A stretch of DNA of 64,000 nt from Naegleria gruberi (Eukaryota): the NCBI GenBank assembly GCA_000004985.1, contig GG738845.1; one strand, 5' to 3'. This document shows positions 57,401 through 64,000 of this stretch, one piece after another. Each line of letters starts with the position of its first letter. Positions within the stretch are counted from its first letter, which is position 1. Under the pieces are notes generated by a model. The model saw only the letters and a list, made by a program, of their open reading frames with translations, ran no database searches and had not been told where the DNA came from. A program made the position numbers and the translations under genes.

Positions 57401-59334
57401 GATTTTCAATTTTGGGAGTACTATTTTTCACAGAAAATCCCTTTTCTTCAATCTGCTTTTTGACATCTTTCATTTCTTCATAAGCGTTCTTATTATTTCC
57501 AAAATCTAACGTATTAGATAAACCATTCTTCCAAGAATTTACAGTAATGTTTGCATTTTCATATGTATTCTCTAAGAGGATATCTTTTGAAACAGGCTCT
57601 TCAACAAGCTGAGGTTTAGGTATATTGAACTGATCACTTGGTATTTCAAGTACTCTTGGAGTCTCTGAGTGAGTATTATACACCTCTAATCTTTTCCCAA
57701 TATCCCCAACTAATTCTTCTAATTCTTTCCACTGATCTTCACTCAGATCTTCTAATATGTTTTGGGGTTCCATTTTTTTGGAAGAATCTTTCAAATAGTT
57801 GACAAGATTTTCTATCCACTTGAACTCCTCCTTATTGGTGGCATTAACAAGTTTGATTTCGAGATTCCTCATTTCGTTTTCTATTGCTGTTTTTCTTTCC
57901 TCTAGAGTTGCATCCATAAAGAGACCAGACTCTAGCAGGTAAATAGGAGAAAAATGGTCAACTAGTAAGCTTTCCGCATAACCTGTAGTTCCATATAATA
58001 GCTTTAAAGCCTTTAGTTTGGCAAGAGCATTTCTCTTCTTGTTTCCTGGAATGTTGGTATTAGAAATGTTTGACTTGTTGCCTTCTGCCCATCTAACTTT
58101 CGCAGAGTTCTTTTCATTACTTATTGGGTACAATTCTTTCAAATAATCCGCTTCAGAGCTATCTGTAAGATTTTTTCCAGTATCTGTTTTGAGCTCAAGA
58201 TTATTCTTATCAAGAATGATTTTCCTAATGTAATTTTTAAAATGGATCCAACTCTCTTCTGACATGTCAATACCAAAGAATGTCTCTATTTTTTGTTTTG
58301 TATTGGATATTTGGGAAACAGCCCTTAAAGAGCCTCCATTTTCCAAGTCCCCACCAACTATTATATCTTTCAAGTGTTCATAAAAATTAGTTCCCTCATG
58401 ATACTTATCTATATGTTTTGAGGTAGAGTACACTCTATGAGATTTAGTTATTATTTTTTGCTTGTCTGTTGAAGCAGTAGTTCCATTGGTGGTGCCAGAT
58501 GTGTAATTGCAAATCAATACATCTTTTATGTAGGGGTTGAAAGATTTGGAATTATCTTCCTCATCTGAAGAGTCTCCATTGTTGTTGAGTAAATAGGAAT
58601 CATTGGAAAATTCAGAAACTAAACTTTCCTTGTTTTGAATCTTGTTGATAGATGCTGCTGGTACAATACAGTTCAAGAAATATAGTAGGAGCCGATTTAC
58701 TACACGGTCATACTTGAATTTTGTCTCTTCTACTTTTCTTTAAATGTGAATTAATTTGTGACAGTAACTTACCATCATTCTTTCTAAAAAACAATTTTTT
58801 CTCTTTAGATCCATCACAATCCGAAAATGATACAATCTTCTTTAGCAATTCTCTTTCTTTGTGAGCAATAAAAAGCTCAAGTAAAACTAATTCATCCTCT
58901 TCCTTTTCTAAATCAATTATTTTTCTATTAGCCTCCAACCACTCTCTAAAGGAATCATAAATTATACCCTCCTTCTTTTCTATTTTTTCTTCATTATTTT
59001 CTAAGTTTACAAGTGATGAGTTATTATTTTGATTTGTTAACGTATCATTAATCTTTTCCGATACCAATTCTTCTTTTTGTAATGGCTGATTTTGTTCAGC
59101 AACATTGCCCTTGTTTGATAATTCTTCGAGGAATTTTGAATTTAATTCCTCTCTAATTTTTCCAAAATCAACTCCCGATAGTGATTGATTACCCTTTTGT
59201 TGATTTTCATCATTTTCTAAATCTCCAATAGTCAAATCCTGTATTAATTGTTCGAATAATTCATCATCCTCTTGGGTCCAACTGGATCTTCGGCTTGAAA
59301 TATTTGAATGATGTGGGGCTTCATTATTCATCAT
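54492..59334 (-). CDS. Very large hypothetical protein (about 1590 aa) with a Pro-rich C-terminus. Two exons: 58773..59334 and 54492..58699, intron 58700..58772 (GTAAGT...GTAG).
   Basis: The two supplied ORFs join in phase 1 (...FFRKNDG|VNRLLLYFLNCIVPAAS...). Consistent composition throughout. C-terminal PPVFTPSQPPPIVTPIIPTIPIP tract. No domain recognised. Confidence 0.55.
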
Positions 59335-59547
59335 TGTTTCATTTTTTCTTTATTATTAAAACTTAAAATATTTTACAACATGAAGGTGCATGATAAAAGG
59401 ACAATTCATAATTTCTTTTTAAATCCAAAGAGCGTTCAGAATTAACCTGATCAAGATGTTTCAAAATTGTTATAATCTCTTTGAATTTTTGAACCCATTA
59501 TTTTCCCAATCTTTTTGGATGAATAATTGGTTAAATCAAAAAAAACA

Positions 59548-60351
59548 ATGCAAATCATAACATTGATTTGTGTGGTATTGTTGGTCTTGGCTCTTGTCAT
59601 TCCATTTGGAGATCATGTAAATGCAACTCTCGGGGTAGACATGAGTTTGCAACAATGTCAAACAGCAACTCTTGAACATTGGAAGTGTTTGAAAAGAAGT
59701 GGATTTGATTTTGGTAGGTTGATTGTTGAATTTCAGTATTATTAATTTTGTAAAGCAATCATTGAAGTATGGAATGGAGGATATCAATTTAATGACAATA
59801 TTAAAAAATGTATTGATGATGCAAAACTGGCTGGATTCCTCCATGTTGACGTTTATGCTTTCCTCTGCCCTAATTGTCGAGGTAACAATAATGCTGGTGA
59901 AGCCATTGAAAGAATGTTGTATTCATTACACAAGATGAATGCCACCTATGGTGGTTTATGGATTGATGTGGAACAATGTACCAATTGTTGGTATAGTGAC
60001 CTAAATATGAATACAAATTATCTTTACAATGCCTCAAAAGCAGCTCAAGAATTTTTCAGTAAAGAAGGTAAAAATCGTAAAGTTGGTATCTACTCATCAG
60101 TTTACGAATGGAAAATTACTGTTGAAACGAATGATCTATCCAGAAAATTAAAGTAAGTATTAAGCATGAATTGAAATTAAATAATCGAAAATTCAAGTAA
60201 TTTGCAATTATGGTATGCTCATTATGACGGAGAAAGTAACTTTTCTGATACATGGGCCTATTCATTTAATGGGTGGACAAAACCAAGTATTAAACAATAT
60301 AATGATCATGGTCCTTCGTGTGGTGTAGATGTTGATGTTAATTTTTATTAA
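59548..60351 (+). CDS. Glycoside hydrolase family 25 lysozyme (Entamoeba/Chalaropsis-type), secreted, about 238 aa. Three exons: 59548..59713, 59756..60152, 60198..60351. Introns are 42 and 45 nt.
   Basis: Signal peptide, then GVDMS..Q....W..LK.SGFDFAIIE(V)..G.Y.D..F..N...A..AG...VDVY.F, and C-terminal GW.....QY...G...GVDVDVN matching GH25 conserved blocks. Introns are GTAGGT..AAAG and GTAAGT..CAAG. Confidence 0.75.
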
Positions 60352-60481
60352 CATTTTTGATAATCCTTAAATAAATTATTAAATAAAGTTTTTAGAATAT
60401 GATATTATTAGATTATTCTTAAAAAAGAGCTCAATAATTGTATTGAAATTTAAAAATAAATTTTTATTGATTCAATAAAAA

Positions 60482-60772
60482 ATGCAAGGATCTAAAAAGC
60501 CTGGCCAAATTAAGAGCAAAACACAAAAGACCAAGAACGCTCCAACCAAGCGGGGTATTGTCAAGAAGTGTAAAACCAAGCAAGAAGCCCTCAAGAGAGA
60601 AATTAAAAAGCAATGTGTTACATCTATGAGCGCCGTCATTGAAAGCGAGATGGTTGCCAAAATGAAAAAGGACGGAAAACCATTGCATGTTTTGGCTGGC
60701 AAGGCCGATGAAACTCCAGCAACAACCAAGCCAAAAAAATCAACAAAAAAGAAGACTAACAAGAAGAAGTAA
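60482..60772 (+). CDS. Small (96 aa) very basic Lys-rich protein, unknown function
   Basis: ATG-initiated ORF with coding-like composition, more than 30% Lys. Could be a nucleolar or ribosome-associated small protein; no motif recognised. Confidence 0.4.
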   Translation: MQGSKKPGQIKSKTQKTKNAPTKRGIVKKCKTKQEALKREIKKQCVTSMSAVIESEMVAKMKKDGKPLHVLAGKADETPATTKPKKSTKKKTNKKK

Positions 60773-61087
60773 TATTATTATTTTGTATTGACAATATTGG
60801 ACCATCAGAGAGGAATGAAATGACTTTTTTCTGGGTCAACAAAGGAGAAGATTATCGATTTAATTTGATAGTGCTTTAATGTTGTTGGTTTCCAAACAAT
60901 AATTAAAAGATCATTCTTGTATGATATTGTTGGTGATTCTTTCAAAAGACCTGCCGAATGAATTAGCTTTTTCTCAACTCATGAGATTTTTAGTGAAAAT
61001 TTTCTAAAGTCATGCATGAATTTGATCATGAATCTCATCAAATGTACCCATCCAGATTATTTTAAAAAAATTAATAAATAAGAGGTA

Positions 61088-64000
61088 TTGCAAATTGTGA
61101 TGAAATCTTACCTCTTCAATAAACTTGGACTGGGTAGACTAAACACATCTCCAACTCCAAACACACCAACAAAATCATCAAACTTTGGAGGTTTGGATTC
61201 TCCATTATCAACAACAGGATTTAATTCACCAATAGATAAAAAGGACGAAGATGAATATAAGCGATACGAGGAAGTTTTTCTTCATCCCTTCTCAACACTT
61301 ATAGAAATTAATTTTGAAAGTGAAGATTTAGTTAAAGCTTGGAATAATTTTACAGTAAATCTTTCAAAAGAGACTTTACTGATTTCACTCGAAGACGTTA
61401 GTATTTATATAATTTACTTTTCCGATTTAATAATTTTATAGTCAAAGATCTCATCATTTGAGACATTTATTCAATTATTTAAAGACAAGTATTATGATTG
61501 GTATCCACCACAACATATTCTAGAGATTACCAATACACAACAACAGTTAACATCATCAAGACCAAGAAGTAGAGTCGTGACAACAACATCATTATCAAAT
61601 TCAGATGAAATTTTACATTCACTACAATCAGGATCTGTCTTTGATTCGACAAATCATTCTATTGTCAAAATTACAGGATTTTCTGGTGTAATTGGACATC
61701 CTATCGATGTGTTATCGATAATTTGTTCATATTTCCAACAACAAGTACAACATGTATTGAATGGTAGGTATTTAACATTCTAGATAATGTACAATAATAT
61801 TAAATAATAATAATAATAATAGGAAGAGGAGAATTTGATTTCCAAAAGACAAACAAATATAATCCCAAATCACTCTACTTATTGGAAGTGATTGAAATTT
61901 TAACCAGATCTCACCATAATAGATTATTGATGAAAGATTTTAATGTTCTTCCTTTTGTATCAAGTTTACTAAAGGTGGCATTACTTAAACTTCAACTTAC
62001 TATTGCAGATAAGAGATTTAGTGATAAGGAAATATCAACTCTTTCATTGGAATTAGCTGCTGAAGTGGAATTGGAAATGAGGACAACATTGGATTTTGTA
62101 ATATATATTCTATCAAATTGTATCCAAATATTTTCACATTTTTGTGAGGCTGGCAGTATTGTTGGAAATTCACAAGCATCAACAAGTACCAATAATGCAA
62201 CTAATACTTCATCAAACAACAATTCGGATACTCTTACTATTAGTACATCAAGATTAACAATAACATCATCAGAGGGTATTAAAAATTCTCCTAATACTTG
62301 GTCACAAAATAATAAGAATTATAGAAAACAAAAAATATTGACCTATATTACATCTAGAGAAGATGTTGATTTTATGAATATTATTATTGATATGCTTACA
62401 ACTTTTAGAGATTCAATTTCAAAACAATATGATGGACATTTCCATAGTGAACATTACTATGATAATTGGAGTTTTTTATTCAATTTTCAAGAGGCAACAA
62501 TGCAAATAGTTAGATCTGTTGTATGTACTGATAAACTAAAGTATGCTGGTCAACTTGCAGAGTATCAATTTAGAGATTTATTTCTGTCACGTGGTGGTTG
62601 TGACGTTCTTGTAAAATATCTTGGGTGGCCTATTGAACACGTCTCTATTCTTCAAGATGTTGAATGGTATGAAATTGATATATTATCTCTGGACAATGAC
62701 AGACTTAATCATTATTTTCAAATTCAATATTTAACTATGAAAATTATTACAAAACTAATCGAGTATAATTACTCTTATTTAAGACTCTTTGGAAAACAAG
62801 GTTTTGCAAGAATAAGAGAAACTGGGTTATGGATTTCATTTTTCTTCACATTAAACAAGGATTATGATAATCAAACTCAGACCCTTAGAAATAATCCATT
62901 GCCTCAGTTGGGGTCAGTTGTTAGATCTAGGAGTGGATCTCTTGATCTGGCAAACTTTAGATTTCCTCCAACTCCAATATCCAATTCGAGTGGTTTAGGC
63001 ATTAAATCTTTCCCATGTCCTGGTTTTATCTCTAAAACTATGAATGAGAGAGTGATGCAATTTTTTGACTGTTTACGGAAATTGGTCAAACTTTCAACAA
63101 TAATTTCATTCCCAAAAACTGTCCATAGCTCAACACCAGGAACACCTTCCAATAATTTTGCATTCCCTGATACTACATTCACAACGCATCTCAACAACAC
63201 AGAACAAGATCAACATTTACAAAGAAAACTATCCAGGTTACTTTTTTCATTTTTCATAGATGAAAATGAAAAGGATCAAATGACGGACAAATCACTCAGA
63301 AAGTTAAAAATGATTAGTGATTTTCCACTTTACTTTATGGATAGTATCAACAGATTGGTTTCTGAATCTCAGACAGCTCTCGATGTTATGGTTTCAAATG
63401 GGTTATATGATGTTTTATTTTCTGAATATTTCTATCTATATGGTGGAGCACTCAATCAACTTAATAGATTTGAAAAATATTCCCAGACTGACCTTCAAAA
63501 AACAAGTGAGGAAGAAAAGTTTATATTTTCAAAAAGTGAAATTTCTTCACTTGTAGAATGTACATCTGCTGTATTGAGATCTAGTGTTATTGATTTTTTG
63601 AAATATACAGCAACTATTCGAGGAAGAAACAATGTTGAAGAATGCAGAAGGTTGATAGATATTATGCAATTATACAAGGAAAACTCCTTAGTAATTTCAG
63701 AGGTTGGGTTATGTCTGTTGGATATCATTAGACAAAATCATGACATTACACAAGAGAGCTTGTTTTCCATCAAGGCCATGTCTGTACTTTCTCATGTCGT
63801 TGGAAAGCAACATGCTATCATTAGAAAATTTGAAACAGACAATCAACAATCCCAATTTTACCAAGTTGAATATACCGAGGACCATTTGAGAGCAATCGAA
63901 GCCAGAAACATCATGCTTAATATTTTAGATTTTACCTTAACTTTTGAAAACTCTTTAACTTTAGCATTACAGAACCATAATACCCTAGAGACACTTTTCA
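61088..64000 (+). CDS. 5' part of a large multi-exon gene running off the window end, unknown function. Exons approximately 61088..61400, 61577..61764, 61823..62097 and 62147..>64000.
   Basis: Frame ≡2 (mod 3) is stop-free from 62102 to the window end (about 630 codons, no stop, so absent from the ORF track). Upstream segments join via GTAGGT..(AAT)n-AG and GTAATA..GTGAG introns. Composition is coding-like. Exact splice sites are uncertain. Confidence 0.5.

Noticed and set aside
1-64000. tRNA, rRNA, CRISPR, prokaryotic operon or defence-system search
   Set aside because: No T-loop GGTTCGA(A/T)TCC-like or anticodon-stem cloverleaf candidates were found by eye. The sequence is plainly eukaryotic (spliceosomal introns, CAAX GTPase, nucleoporin), so prokaryotic feature classes do not apply.

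Overview
This 64 kb window is a gene-dense, AT-rich eukaryotic nuclear locus, not a prokaryotic one. I recognise about 35 protein-coding genes on both strands, roughly one per 1.8 kb. Intergenic spacers are 80-700 bp, and short spliceosomal introns (23-174 nt, mostly 42-73 nt) carry GTAAGT/GTATGT/GTGAGT donors and (Y)AG acceptors. Several real genes are split across the supplied ORFs or missed entirely, because the ORF track ignores introns and appears to label TTG/GTG/CTG codons as 'M'. Confident calls by homology recalled from memory: methionyl-tRNA synthetase (MetRS; internally truncated), YJU2/CWC16 splicing factor, NC2-beta/Dr1, profilin, a RhoGAP, a Rac/Rho GTPase (6 exons), an ERG4-type sterol reductase, ORC4, a Zn(II)2Cys6 transcription factor, a dynamin-superfamily GTPase, a formate/nitrite transporter, gamma-tubulin complex protein GCP4, DEAD-box helicase DBP10/DDX54, Erv46/ERGIC3, UTP18, an actin-related protein, mitochondrial aspartate aminotransferase, an AP-complex sigma subunit (3 exons, invisible in the ORF track), SRPK/Sky1 kinase, a CrtI-type phytoene desaturase, Nup35/Nup53, and a GH25 (Entamoeba/Chalaropsis-type) lysozyme. 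Lineage is not certain. The gene set (Entamoeba-type GH25 lysozyme, dynamin-like protein, Rac-like GTPase, poly-N/Q tracts, about 30% GC) fits a dictyostelid-like amoebozoan or an early-diverging fungus. No tRNA/rRNA genes, CRISPR arrays or transposons were recognised. The most unusual element is a roughly 1200-aa secreted protein gene (50666..54270, minus) with three copies of an unrecognised Cys-containing module, a Thr/Ser-rich tract and about 1.1 kb of lysine-rich tandem repeats that also contain a frameshift. Other notable items: an internally deleted MetRS, a 475-bp assembly gap inside a coding region, a 23-nt intron, a 26-nt micro-exon, and two genes needing an unexplained frame change.
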